A stretch of 64,000 nucleotides of DNA. Origin: an uncultured cyanobacterium (GTDB lineage: Bacteria; Cyanobacteriota; Cyanobacteriia; Cyanobacteriales; CAWCAG01). Every line of letters begins with the position of its first letter. Within the stretch, counting starts at the first letter, position 1. Below are positions 50,977 to 62,137 of this stretch, piece after piece. The translations under genes and the position numbers were made by a program. The stretch covers positions 237,561-301,560 of the forward strand of contig CAWDOD010000006.1 of assembly GCA_963803805.1 (NCBI GenBank), written 5' to 3'. Below the pieces are notes generated by a model. The model saw nothing but the letters and a program-made list of their open reading frames with translations, made no database searches and had not been told where the DNA came from.

Positions 50977-51753
50977 TCAGGATTGATCTGTAGGTCTTTG
51001 TTGGATAACCCTTTCTTCAAAGGTTGCTGGAGATTCTGGGGGAGCGACAACTTTTTTTCTTTCTGGTTTTGGTTTCAATGAAGATTCGGTTTCGACAGAA
51101 GTTTCTTTGGTTTCTACCCGCAGATCTTTAGTTGAATCAACGCTATCGGTGACAGAACTTTCAATTACAACTTCTGCATCAGGAGTTTCAGCAGGTATCT
51201 CTGCTTCGACTTCTGGAACTTCTGGAGGTGCTTCTACTAAAGTTTCTGCTTCTGAAGATGTTTCCAATGTTTCTGGGGTTACTTCTGCTTCAGGAGTTTC
51301 TGGAGGGGTTTCTGTTTCAACTTCTGCAACTTCCGAAGACAATTCTACTTCAACCTCTGTAGTTGTTGGAGGTGTATCTTTAACCTCTACTTCCGGGGTT
51401 ACTTTAGGAGAACGACTGGTAAGAGAACTAAAAAACTTGGTGGGTAAAAAGCCTTTGATTTTTTCTAATAGATCCTGATCAGCCTCAGTTCTTTCTTCCG
51501 GGGCAACTAAAACATAACGCAAAGAAACAGTTTGCCAAGCGAAGCTGGCTAAAAGTGCCACTACAGCTAATTGTCCTAATAGAACAGCACCAGTGATTTG
51601 CCCTGCACACACCCACAAAATTAGAGCATAAAATAAACCTGGTATACTCCAATAGAAATCGCTTTTGCGATGTAGTTCTGGGAAAAAGAAAGCTGCCATA
51701 TAAAGGGCCAAACTACCAAGACTTACGGCCACAGCTAGAATGTACGCCAGCAT
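50977..51753 (-). CDS. ycf66: Ycf66 family protein with acidic Pro/Thr-rich tail
   Basis: AFFFPELHRKSDFYWS and GAVLLGQ motifs. Confidence 0.85.
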   Translation of the reverse strand: MLAYILAVAVSLGSLALYMAAFFFPELHRKSDFYWSIPGLFYALILWVCAGQITGAVLLGQLAVVALLASFAWQTVSLRYVLVAPEERTEADQDLLEKIKGFLPTKFFSSLTSRSPKVTPEVEVKDTPPTTTEVEVELSSEVAEVETETPPETPEAEVTPETLETSSEAETLVEAPPEVPEVEAEIPAETPDAEVVIESSVTDSVDSTKDLRVETKETSVETESSLKPKPERKKVVAPPESPATFEERVIQQRPTDQS

Positions 51754-52147
51754 TTTGTCGCTACTCCAAAAGTTGTGTATGATTCTTTATTTTGGGGGAA
51801 TTTGTCTTTTTATGGACAAATTCGTGTAGAAAGTTTAAGTTTATTGGTTTTTGCTTAATCTTCTCCCCTTTCAACTCATGACTAAAAATAATTACTTTAC
51901 CTAAATTTTAGTCACAAGGCTATTATAGAAGCGAGTAAGGGGAACTATAAAGGGTTTTTGAGCATCTCAGTTGATTGAAGTTCAGGTATTGAGCGGTGTA
52001 TTCCTGATTAAGCTTTTCATGGCTCGATACTTAACAGGCTATTCCCCATTTGTCGGCTAGAGTTACAAGTTTTTTCATATGTCACCCTACTTACTAGCTA
52101 GGAGATGGCGTAAGACAAATGTTAAATCTTCAATGATATAATGACAA

Positions 52148-53491
52148 ATGGCATTATCACCTCCTCTGACACTTTCTCTATTTCGATTTGCCCAAGCATT
52201 ACCCCAAACGCCACCTTCTTTAGGATTAAGTGTTACAACTTTACAGAATTTAGTAGAAGCATTAATAGATTTGTTGCTTGATGAGGGTATAGCTGCTGAT
52301 TTCTGGGTTAAATCGCCGGAAGATAGTAGTTGGTTAGGGAAAATTGAGCGCTATCAGCAACAAGAAAAACCCTTTATTAGCAAGGTTTACTATTGTTTTT
52401 CTGATGCCCTTGAGGACAAAGCTCTTCTTACTTCTTGTATTCCCATAGAATTACCAAAAAACACTCAACTCCAAAAAGATTTCTTTTTCGTAGCCATGTC
52501 ACCACAATTTTCTGCTCTTCTTTTAGGCAGAAAAGACAAAATCCCCAATCAAATGCAAGTACTATTTAGTTGCGAAAGTTCAGTGACTTCTACTGTACTT
52601 AATACTATTAAACAAGCGATTTCTTTTCGGGAAAAGCCAGTTGATAGACTAAGAAAATCTGTTAATCGCTCTCTGGTTACTGACCAATCTAAATTTATTA
52701 CTAACCTTCTACTTAAACAAGCTAAGTATCAAGACAAAATTGACCAAGCTGAAGCTTTTGTGAGGCGATCCCAAGAACATCAAGCAGTTTTAGACAATTC
52801 TTTGCACTTCAAAGACGAACTACTTTCTCAGGTAGCAACAGAATTTTGTACTCCCCTCAGTACTATGAAAACTGCCTTGAGTTTATTAGAGTCTAGACAA
52901 CTTAAATTAGCCCAAAGAAAACATTATACTTCCATGTTAAAAGGAGAATGCGATCGCCAGGGAGCTTTGATTGGTGGTTTAGTAGAATTGGTAGGATTAG
53001 AAAAACTTCCTCAAAAAACAGCTAAATGTGTTGCTTCAGTTACAGATTTAGTTCCCGGTATTGTTAGCACCTATCAACCTTTAGCTACAGAAAAAGGTAT
53101 TCGTCTTGGCTATACTGTTACTGCAAATTTACCTTTAGTTGCTTGTCCGAGTAATTGGTTAAAGCAAATTATTATTAATCTCCTTGATAATTGTCTCAAA
53201 TTTACGCCCCCTGGAGGTGAAGTTTCTGTCGTTGTTTCTTTAGCAGAGGAAAAAGTACAGCTAACATTTACTGATACAGGTTTTGGTATTGCAGCTACCG
53301 ATGTTAAAAAAATTTTTAATAGTTTTTATCGAGGTAGAAAAACTACCATAGAAAATACTAAAGGGGCAGGGTTAGGTTTAACGATAGTACATCATTTATT
53401 ATTGCGCTGTGGTGGTTCTATTTCTGTCACAAGTAAGTTAGATCAAGGTTCTGCATTTAAGGTTTCATTACCAGTTTTGCTGGAAAGCTAG
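52148..53491 (+). CDS. soluble histidine-kinase-like protein (DICT-like sensor, His-less H-box)
   Basis: NLLDNC, DTGFGI, FYRG and GAGLGL boxes; H-box reads ATEFCTPL. Confidence 0.85.
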   Translation: MALSPPLTLSLFRFAQALPQTPPSLGLSVTTLQNLVEALIDLLLDEGIAADFWVKSPEDSSWLGKIERYQQQEKPFISKVYYCFSDALEDKALLTSCIPIELPKNTQLQKDFFFVAMSPQFSALLLGRKDKIPNQMQVLFSCESSVTSTVLNTIKQAISFREKPVDRLRKSVNRSLVTDQSKFITNLLLKQAKYQDKIDQAEAFVRRSQEHQAVLDNSLHFKDELLSQVATEFCTPLSTMKTALSLLESRQLKLAQRKHYTSMLKGECDRQGALIGGLVELVGLEKLPQKTAKCVASVTDLVPGIVSTYQPLATEKGIRLGYTVTANLPLVACPSNWLKQIIINLLDNCLKFTPPGGEVSVVVSLAEEKVQLTFTDTGFGIAATDVKKIFNSFYRGRKTTIENTKGAGLGLTIVHHLLLRCGGSISVTSKLDQGSAFKVSLPVLLES

Positions 53492-53510
53492 CACAAAAAT
53501 TGCTGTCATT

Positions 53511-55313
53511 CTAATCAAGATCCTCATCATCTAATCCTGGCCTTGGCATAGGTAAAATTTTTCGCTTGCTAAGCTGACGTAACCAGAAACCACTCAATAC
53601 TGCAACTATCAAAGAAATCCAACCAGTTAAGGGTTGCAGCAGTAAAAATCCCCCAGTGGCGAACATTGTGCCGAAGAGTAGGAACACAGCAGCAACAACC
53701 TTAATTAGATCCTGGGCTAAATTTTGCTCTGACTTGATTCCTGTACGTTCCCTCTGACGCTGCCAACCGGGGCCACCGGGGCGTACTTTTGTATAAAAGG
53801 CATCAAGGGTTGCATCGGCTTCTGGAGGGGTTAGTAACATCACTGCAATCCAAATCGTGGCTGTAGTTGCAGATATAAAAAACAACCTGATGCCAAAATC
53901 AGCAAAAATTTCATTAAAGCCAGGGAAAGTACTGGTAACTAAACCGATCACAAACCCCCCTAGCATAGCGGCAAGTTCCGCAGCAGCATTAATACGCCAC
54001 CAAAACCAACGTAAAATCAAGACTAATCCTGGCCCAGTGCCGATAGCAATAACTAAGCGAAATACCGTTGCTACATCCTCAGAGAAGAAAGCTGCTAATG
54101 CCCCGAAAAAGGTAACTACAATTGAAGCTAAGCGTCCCACATTAACTAACTGACTTTGACTAGCATCGGGATTAAAGAAACGCAAATATAAGTCATTAGT
54201 TAAATAGGATGCACCCCAGTTAATAGAAGTGGAAACTGTACTCATGAAAGCAGCAACTAATGAAGCAACTACTATTCCTAATCCTACCGGAGGTAAAAAA
54301 TCCAGCATTAGTTTGGGATAACCTAATTCGGGATCTTCCAAGTCTGGATAAACCACAATGGCTACTAGGGCAACAACTATCCAAGGCCAGGTGCGGATGA
54401 TATAATGTAGGAGGTTGAAAAACCAGGAAGCTTTTTCTGCTTCTGCTTCATCCTTTGCCGCGGCAAGGCGTTGCACAAATTCTCCGCCTCCATCGCTGCG
54501 ACGAAATGACCACCAATTGACGAACAAATAAGCAGAGAAGGTAGTAGCGGTAATCCCGGCTATGTCACTCCAGATAATACCGTTGCTACCGATGCTAAAG
54601 GGAAAAAAGGAGAGAACGTCAATATCTGTATTGGCTTGGACTTGGGGAATTAACTCCTGGATGCCGCCAACATGGTTAACTGCAACTATAGCAACAATGA
54701 TTGCCCCTAACAAAGCGAGAAAAAACTGGAAAAAATCAGTAGCCACAACTCCCCATAAACCAGCAAAACCGGAATAAATTAGCACAAAAATACTAACTCC
54801 AACCACACTCCAAATTTTGAAATTTTCTCCTGGTTCAAAACCTAAACTCTGCCATAATTCCAAGGCATCCACTACCTTAATCATCGCTAGCATTGCATAA
54901 CCAATACCAATACAATTAATTGGTACAGCAAAGAGAAAAGCTTTGGTTCCCCGTAACCAAGCAGCCATTGTACCGCCGTAACGCATCTCCGTTAACTGTG
55001 CGTCGGTAACAATTTCTGAACGCCTCCAAAGACGGGAGAAGATATAAATAAGAATAATGTGGGCAATACCAAAACTCCACCATTCCCAGTTTCCAGCAAT
55101 ACCTCGCGATGCGACTACTCCGGCTATATATAAAGGAGTATCAATAGAAAAGGTGGTGGCAGCCATACTTGTACCAGCTAACCACCAAGGTAGCGATCGC
55201 CCAGAAACGAAAAAATCTACTAAACTTTTTGAAGCTTTACCGGATAAATAGATGCCAACTCCCATGGTGACTGCCATGTAAAGTAGGACAATGAGCCAAT
55301 CAATTGTGTGCAT
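53511..55313 (-). CDS. sodium:solute symporter family protein
   Basis: DFFVSGRSLPWW, TDFFQF, VQRLAAAK and AAFMST motifs; many TM helices. Confidence 0.93.
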   Translation of the reverse strand: MHTIDWLIVLLYMAVTMGVGIYLSGKASKSLVDFFVSGRSLPWWLAGTSMAATTFSIDTPLYIAGVVASRGIAGNWEWWSFGIAHIILIYIFSRLWRRSEIVTDAQLTEMRYGGTMAAWLRGTKAFLFAVPINCIGIGYAMLAMIKVVDALELWQSLGFEPGENFKIWSVVGVSIFVLIYSGFAGLWGVVATDFFQFFLALLGAIIVAIVAVNHVGGIQELIPQVQANTDIDVLSFFPFSIGSNGIIWSDIAGITATTFSAYLFVNWWSFRRSDGGGEFVQRLAAAKDEAEAEKASWFFNLLHYIIRTWPWIVVALVAIVVYPDLEDPELGYPKLMLDFLPPVGLGIVVASLVAAFMSTVSTSINWGASYLTNDLYLRFFNPDASQSQLVNVGRLASIVVTFFGALAAFFSEDVATVFRLVIAIGTGPGLVLILRWFWWRINAAAELAAMLGGFVIGLVTSTFPGFNEIFADFGIRLFFISATTATIWIAVMLLTPPEADATLDAFYTKVRPGGPGWQRQRERTGIKSEQNLAQDLIKVVAAVFLLFGTMFATGGFLLLQPLTGWISLIVAVLSGFWLRQLSKRKILPMPRPGLDDEDLD

Positions 55314-55477
55314 AAATAGTTATTTAAAGAGATATTTTTGAGATATTTTTTTGGTCTTGCTGAATAGAGTATAAATGGAATGTGAAAAAAGTCATGGTTA
55401 TATCTATGACTTTTGCCTCAAGGCATTAGGAGTAAGTCATTTCTATGATGGAGACAAATCAAGCTAAGGAGAAAGCT

Positions 55478-55990
55478 ATGAACTTTAAACTTTTCCTTCT
55501 CATTGCCGGGATTGCTACTGTTACCTTTGGGTTAACTTCCTTAACTGCTAAGGCACAAGAAGCTAGACCTTTTGCTCAATAGACCTCTCCAATAATTATG
55601 CTGAAACCCTTGTAATTACTTACAAAAATTGGAATTTCTGGAGATGTCTAATAATTTGAAGAAGTGATGGAGGAAATAGAGGTAACAGAAGCACAAAAAG
55701 CTGGGTTTGCTCAAATTCGTCAAAATACCCGCAATGAAATCGCTACAGTGCTTACAGAAGCACAAAGAAAACAAGTTACTGAAGCAATGCTCAACGGAGA
55801 AGGAGTTATCGCCGTTATGAAATCTCTGGATCTTTCTGAACAACAACGCTCAGAGATTCGCTCGATTTTACAATCTGCTCGTGAAGAAGGTTCTAATATT
55901 TTGACTGAAGAACAAAAGCAAGAGTTGCAAGAAGAAATTCGTGAACGTTTAGGAGAGAGGGCAGAAATGTTGCATGAAGGGGGTGTTAGG
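55478..55990 (+). pseudogene. Spy/CpxP-like periplasmic protein interrupted by a small insertion; 3' end uncertain
   Basis: ATG 55478 with AAGGAG RBS encodes signal peptide MNFKLFLL...AKAQ in the same frame as LTEAQ/LSEQQ/LTEEQ (LTxxQ) repeats. Confidence 0.75.
55581..55649. mobile_element. 69-bp MITE-like insertion
   Basis: AGACCTCTCCA / TGGAGATGTCT terminal IR (10 of 11 match); AAT on both flanks. Confidence 0.75.
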
Positions 55991-56071
55991 GCTAAAAATA
56001 GACACACTACACCTATAACCAACAGGCAAAGAACACTCTTTACCTGTTACCTATTAGCCATTATCCATTAC

Positions 56072-56512
56072 TTATTTCGATTCCGGTTCTGTAAAAGCTT
56101 TCCAAGCCGCATTAACTGCTTTATCTATCCGCTTACCCATTTTTTGCATCTCATCAACAAAAACTTCCCAATTTTCTGTCGCTTCATTAGTAAGTTCTGC
56201 CAGGGATTTTTCCACAGAATTCTTTTGTCCTTCAAAAAATTTTTCGGTCTTTCTCAAAGTTTCTTGGGCTTGAGTCATGGCATCAACATAAGTTTCGCGG
56301 GTCATATCTCCAGCAACTTCAATTTGTGATTCTGCCTGCTTCTTAATTGCTTCAATTAATTCCCCCATCTTTTCTTTAACTTCATCAGATTCATCACCCA
56401 TTTTTTCCTCAACAAGGGCTTTTGTTTCTTCACTAACGGGGGTAATAGCTGTCTCTTTGACTTCGCTAGGTGGAACAATAGCTGTATCTTTGGGATCATC
56501 AGGTGTATTCAT
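56072..56512 (-). CDS. acidic helical hypothetical protein
   Basis: 146-aa ORF with AAGGAG RBS and host-like codons. Confidence 0.8.
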   Translation of the reverse strand: MNTPDDPKDTAIVPPSEVKETAITPVSEETKALVEEKMGDESDEVKEKMGELIEAIKKQAESQIEVAGDMTRETYVDAMTQAQETLRKTEKFFEGQKNSVEKSLAELTNEATENWEVFVDEMQKMGKRIDKAVNAAWKAFTEPESK

Positions 56513-56537
56513 AAATTTCTCCTTCTTCTACTAATAA

Positions 56538-57659
<1,122 letters not shown>

Positions 57660-57704
57660 ATTTCAAAATGAGGCATAAAACCTAAATAATTAGGAAATCT
57701 GGTT

Positions 57705-58028
57705 TTAAAGATACTTTTCCAAAGTAGTTGCTAAAGTTGTTTTTGGTACAGCCCCAACTACCATATCTACCCTTTGACCAGCTTTGAAGATCATTAATGT
57801 AGGAATGCTACGAATACCATACTGACTGGCAACATTGGGATTTTCATCAGTGTTGAGTTTGACTACCTTAATTTGGTTTTCGTACTGGTCAGCAATTTCG
57901 TCAACCACTGGGGCCACCATACGACATCGACCGCACCAGGGGGCCCAAAAGTCAACCAATACAGGTACTTCGCTCTCTAGCACTTCAGATTTAAAAGTTG
58001 CGTCTGTAACTTGTTCAGTTACCGCCAT
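57705..58028 (-). CDS. trxA: thioredoxin (m-type) with WCGRC active site
   Basis: [14 protein letters not shown] and [12 protein letters not shown] at 58028; downstream of Yfr1. Confidence 0.93.
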   Translation of the reverse strand: MAVTEQVTDATFKSEVLESEVPVLVDFWAPWCGRCRMVAPVVDEIADQYENQIKVVKLNTDENPNVASQYGIRSIPTLMIFKAGQRVDMVVGAVPKTTLATTLEKYL

Positions 58029-58184
58029 GCCTGAACATCCTTGTTTGTGAGGTTGATAACGTTTATTGGAAATTTTACCATAGTAAGAACTAGTCACTAC
58101 TAGTTTAAGATTATCTACTTATCTACTAAAATTTACAAAAACTTCTAAATTTTTGACAAAATTCTCCCTTAAACCACCTGGAAA

Positions 58185-58255
58185 CGAAGAAACCGCCTGA
58201 ACTATGTCCAGGCGGGGTGTGGTGTGAGGAGTGAACGGAAACATTTGTCTCCGCC
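58185..58255 (-). ncRNA. yfr1: Yfr1 small RNA
   Basis: ACTCCTCACAC motif between a 5' hairpin (CGGAGAC/GTTTCCG) and a terminator (CCGCCTGGAC/GTTCAGGCGG plus U-rich tail); immediately upstream of trxA. Confidence 0.92.
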
Positions 58256-58261
58256 ATCTCC

Positions 58262-58267
58262 ATTGTA
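58262..58267 (-). promoter_or_regulatory. putative -10 element TACAAT for yfr1
   Basis: about 7 nt upstream of the predicted 5' end. Confidence 0.6.
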
Positions 58268-58592
58268 ATCCACTGTTATTGATTTGCCCCATTCCTCATT
58301 ACCCATATAACATTGTTAATATAAATCTATCTCAGGGAACATTAGGTGGAAAAAAAAAACCAATTAACCTGGGAATACTTAATAAAGAGTAAAGGCATTG
58401 TATATGCTCCTCATCTTCTTCTCTTAAATTCCTCAAGATGCTCTACCAAAATATTGGGGTAGTTATTTTTTTAAAGCTATCTCCCTTCTGTGCTGACTTT
58501 GTTTCCGATTATTAAATGAATTATTGCCATTAACTTAATTCTGTTAGCAAAAGCTGCTGCTTAGTTGAGTTCAAGAATTTTCATCTCCCCAT

Positions 58593-61500
58593 ATGAATCA
58601 CAATTACTCTGAGGTAGCAAAAGCTAATATTCTGGTTATTGAGGAAACTCTGGCTGATTTGCATCTGTTAGTGAAGGTTTTAGCAGGGCGAGGACATTTA
58701 GTAAGAAGCTTGAGAGAGGGTCAGGAAGTTTTCTCATCTTCTTTGGTAGAAAAACCTGATCTCATTTTGCTAGATGCTATTACTTCGGGAGTAGATAGCT
58801 ATCAAATTTGCCAAAAACTTCAAAACAACCAGCAAACGTCTCAGATTCCGATAATTTTAATTCTGAGTGGAGAAGATCATAGTAATAGAGAGAAAGTTTT
58901 TACAGTAGGTGCAGTAGATTACTTACTTAAGCCTTTACAAGAGCAAGAAATTATTAGCCGCGTAGAAAACCAATTACAACTTCACTTACTACAGCAGCAA
59001 CTTTCCCAACAGAATACCAGGCTACAAAAAGAAATTCGCCTTAACGATGCTTCCGAAGCAATTTCTCAACTTAGGGAAGCCAAACTTTACCACCAATCTC
59101 AAACCCTAGCTAATTTTAGTGCTAACCTCAAAAGTATCCACCGTTTAAATACAACTAGCTACAGCAATTTTGAAAAATTATTTGCTGACTATTTAGAAAC
59201 AGGTTGTAAAATTTTTGGCAGTTCTACAGGTATTATCAGCCGCGTACAAGGACAAACCTATACTGTCTATGCTGTTAAATCTCACTTGAAAAGTTTAGTT
59301 TCTGACCAACAATTTTCTTTGCAAGATACCTATTGTGCTGAGGTAATTAAGCAGCAAAAAACAGTAGCCTGCTACTATGGAGGTGCGATCGCTCCTGTCA
59401 AGATTCATCCTAGCTACGGCAATCTCAAACTAGAATCCTATTTAGGTACTCCTATTTGGGTTAACGGTGAGATTTACGGTACTCTTAATTTTTCTTCTCA
59501 TCAAGTTCGGGGTCCATACATTTACCCCTCAAGAACAAGAAATTATCGAGTTAATGGCCCAAAGTTTGGGTAAATTTGTCACAGCCCATCAAATAGAAAT
59601 TAGCCGTAAAAGAGCCGAGTTAGCCCTACGGGAAAGTGAGAGAAAGCTACGCAAACAAAATAGTGTCTTAAGTAAACTAGCCCAAAATCCCGCTCTTTAT
59701 CAAGGTGATTTAGCTTCAGCTCTAAAGACTATAACGGAAACCATCGCCAATACCTTAGAAGTTGAGAGAGTTAGTGTTTGGTTTTATGATAAATCCGGCA
59801 CTAAACTACAATGCCAAGATTCTTTCCAACGTAGTGTTAAAAGACACCAGCAAAACGAAGATTTATTAGTGGTTGACTATCCCCACTATTTCAAGGCATT
59901 GGAGTCTCAGTGGAATATTCCTGCGGCAAATGTTTTCACTAATCCCTATACTCAAGAATTTGCTACTTATTTTGCCGCCAATAAAATAGTTTCCACCCTC
60001 AATACTTCTATTTGTTTAATGGGGCAAACTGTAGGAGTTATTTGTCTAGAACAAGTGGGATCTACTCGTCACTGGACAGCAGACGAACAAAATTTTGCTA
60101 ACTCAATTACTGACTTAATTTCTTTAGCCTTAGAAGCCACTGAAAGGAGACGTACCCAAGAAGCCCAAAGATTATCTGAAGAAAAGTTTTCCCTAGCTTT
60201 TTATTCCAACCCCGATCCTATGGCTATTGTTACTTTAGTAGAGGGAAAATATTTAGATGTTAATGAAAGCTTCCTCCGTAGTTTAGGTTATGACCGCGAA
60301 CAAGTGATTGGTCTTAGCCCCGGAGAACTTGATATTTGGGTTGATCCTTGTGAACGGATCACAATAGTGCAAACCTTGCAGCAAGAGGGGGTTGTTAGTA
60401 AACAAGAAGTTGATTGGCAAACTAAATCAGGGCAAATCAGAACTATCCTCTTTTCAGCAGAGCTAATTTATATTGAAGGGCAAGAGTGCCTCCTATCGGT
60501 GGCTAATGATATAACAGAACGCAAGCAAGCAGAAAAAACCTTATTAGAATTATTTGGCTTAGCTGCCTTGGATGCTGATGTAGGTGTTGCCCTCACTAAA
60601 GGTAAAACTTTAGAAGAAATGCTTAGTCTTTGTGCCACAGCCATCCACAAACACCTTGATGCTGCTTTTGCTCGAATTTGGATTGTAAATGAAGGGGAAA
60701 ACCTACTAGAACTCCAAAGCTAGTGCAGGGATGTATACTCACCTGGATGGGGCCCATAGTTGTATTGAGGTGGGTAGCTACAAAATTGGTCTAATTGCCC
60801 AAGAAAGAAGACCCCACTTGACTAATGACGTTGTTAATGATCCTCGCATTAGTGATCCTCAATGGGCTAAGGAGACAGGGATGGTAGCCTTTGCTGGCTA
60901 TCCTTTAACCTTTGAAAACAAACTTTTAGGTGTGATTGCTGTTTTTGCCCGCCATGCCCTTACAGAAGCAACTTTACTAGCGATGGATTCGATTGCGAAT
61001 AATATTGCTTTGGGTATTGATCGTTTTCGGGCAGAAGAATCTCTTTCTCGTAGTAATGCCCTACTCACATCCCAACAGGAAGCCGCTTTAGATGGGATTT
61101 TGGTGGTAGATGAAAAACAGAACATTACTTCTTATAATCAGCGTTTTTGCGAGTTGTGGCAAATTCCTGAAGAGTTATTTGCTGGGGGTAGCGATTGCAC
61201 TCCGCGCACCAGCAAAGCTGATCACCAAGTTTTCCCTTGGATTTTTTCTCAATTAGAAAATCCTCAAGCCTTTAGCAGAAAAGTCAAGTATTTATACCAG
61301 CATCCTCAAGAAGTTTGTCAAGAAGAAATTGTTTGTCGCAACGGGCGTATTTTTGATCTTTATTCTGCTTCCATACAATCCCAAGCAGGAGAATACTATG
61401 GCAGAATTTGGTACTTTCGGGATATTACTGCGCGCAAACACTCAGAGTTTGCCCTTCAGATAGCCCAACAAAAGTCAGAAAGCTTGTTACTGAATATTTT

Positions 61501-62101
61501 GCCCAAGGCTATTGTTAAGCAATTAGAAAACTATGAAGGTTCTATTGCCGAACAGTTTAGCGAAGCAACGATTCTTTTTGCTGATATTGTTAACTTCACT
61601 GATATCAGTTCTAGCATTTCTCCTTTGGAGTTGGTTAATATACTCAATGATATTTTTTCTACCTTTGATGAATTAGTTGACTATCATGGTTTGGAGAAAA
61701 TAAAGACCATTGGTGATGCTTATATGGTAGCTGGAGGTTTGCCCATACCAAGGGCAAGACATCTTGAGGCGATTGCCGATTTAGCATTAGATATGCAAAA
61801 AGCCATTGATAGGTTTCACAATTCCCAAGGAGAACCCTTTCAAATTCGCATCGGTATTCATACGGGTTCTGTGGTAGCAGGGGTGATTGGCATTAAGAAG
61901 TTCACTTATGATTTGTGGGGAGATACAGTTAATGTGGCTTCTCGCATGGAATCTCAAGGGGAAGCTGGCAGTATTCAAGTAACCACCGCTATTTATGAAA
62001 AGTTGCGCCACAAGTATGTTTTTGCAGAAAGAGGAACTCTTTTAGTTAAGGGGAAAGGAGAGATGAATACTTACTGGTTGATAGAGAAGAAAAAAGAGTA
62101 G
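58593..62101 (+). pseudogene. REC-GAF-GAF-PAS-GAF-PAS class III adenylate cyclase split by two +1 frameshifts
   Basis: extra base at about 59509-59515 and extra A at 60716-60718 (correction restores LELQASAGMY); FADIVNFT, KTIGDAYM and YDLWGDTVNVASR motifs. Confidence 0.87.
61191..61225. mobile_element. 27-nt in-frame insert within a HIP1-like site
   Basis: deleting 27 nt from GCGATTGCAC...GCTGATCAC leaves GCGATCAC; the insert forms two mini-hairpins. Confidence 0.65.
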
Positions 62102-62137
62102 TAGTTTGTTAATTAAAGCTTCTTCATGCCGAAGTAA

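Noticed and set aside
51960-52130. Possible structured RNA upstream of the kinase-like gene (AGGTATTGAGC...GCTCGATACTT pairing)
   Set aside because: Imperfect stems only and no recognisable family motif; cannot be supported without folding and covariation analysis.
55990-56329. C-terminal extension of ORF 55664-56329 as real protein
   Set aside because: It overlaps the convergent gene 56072-56512 in antisense and its composition changes abruptly.
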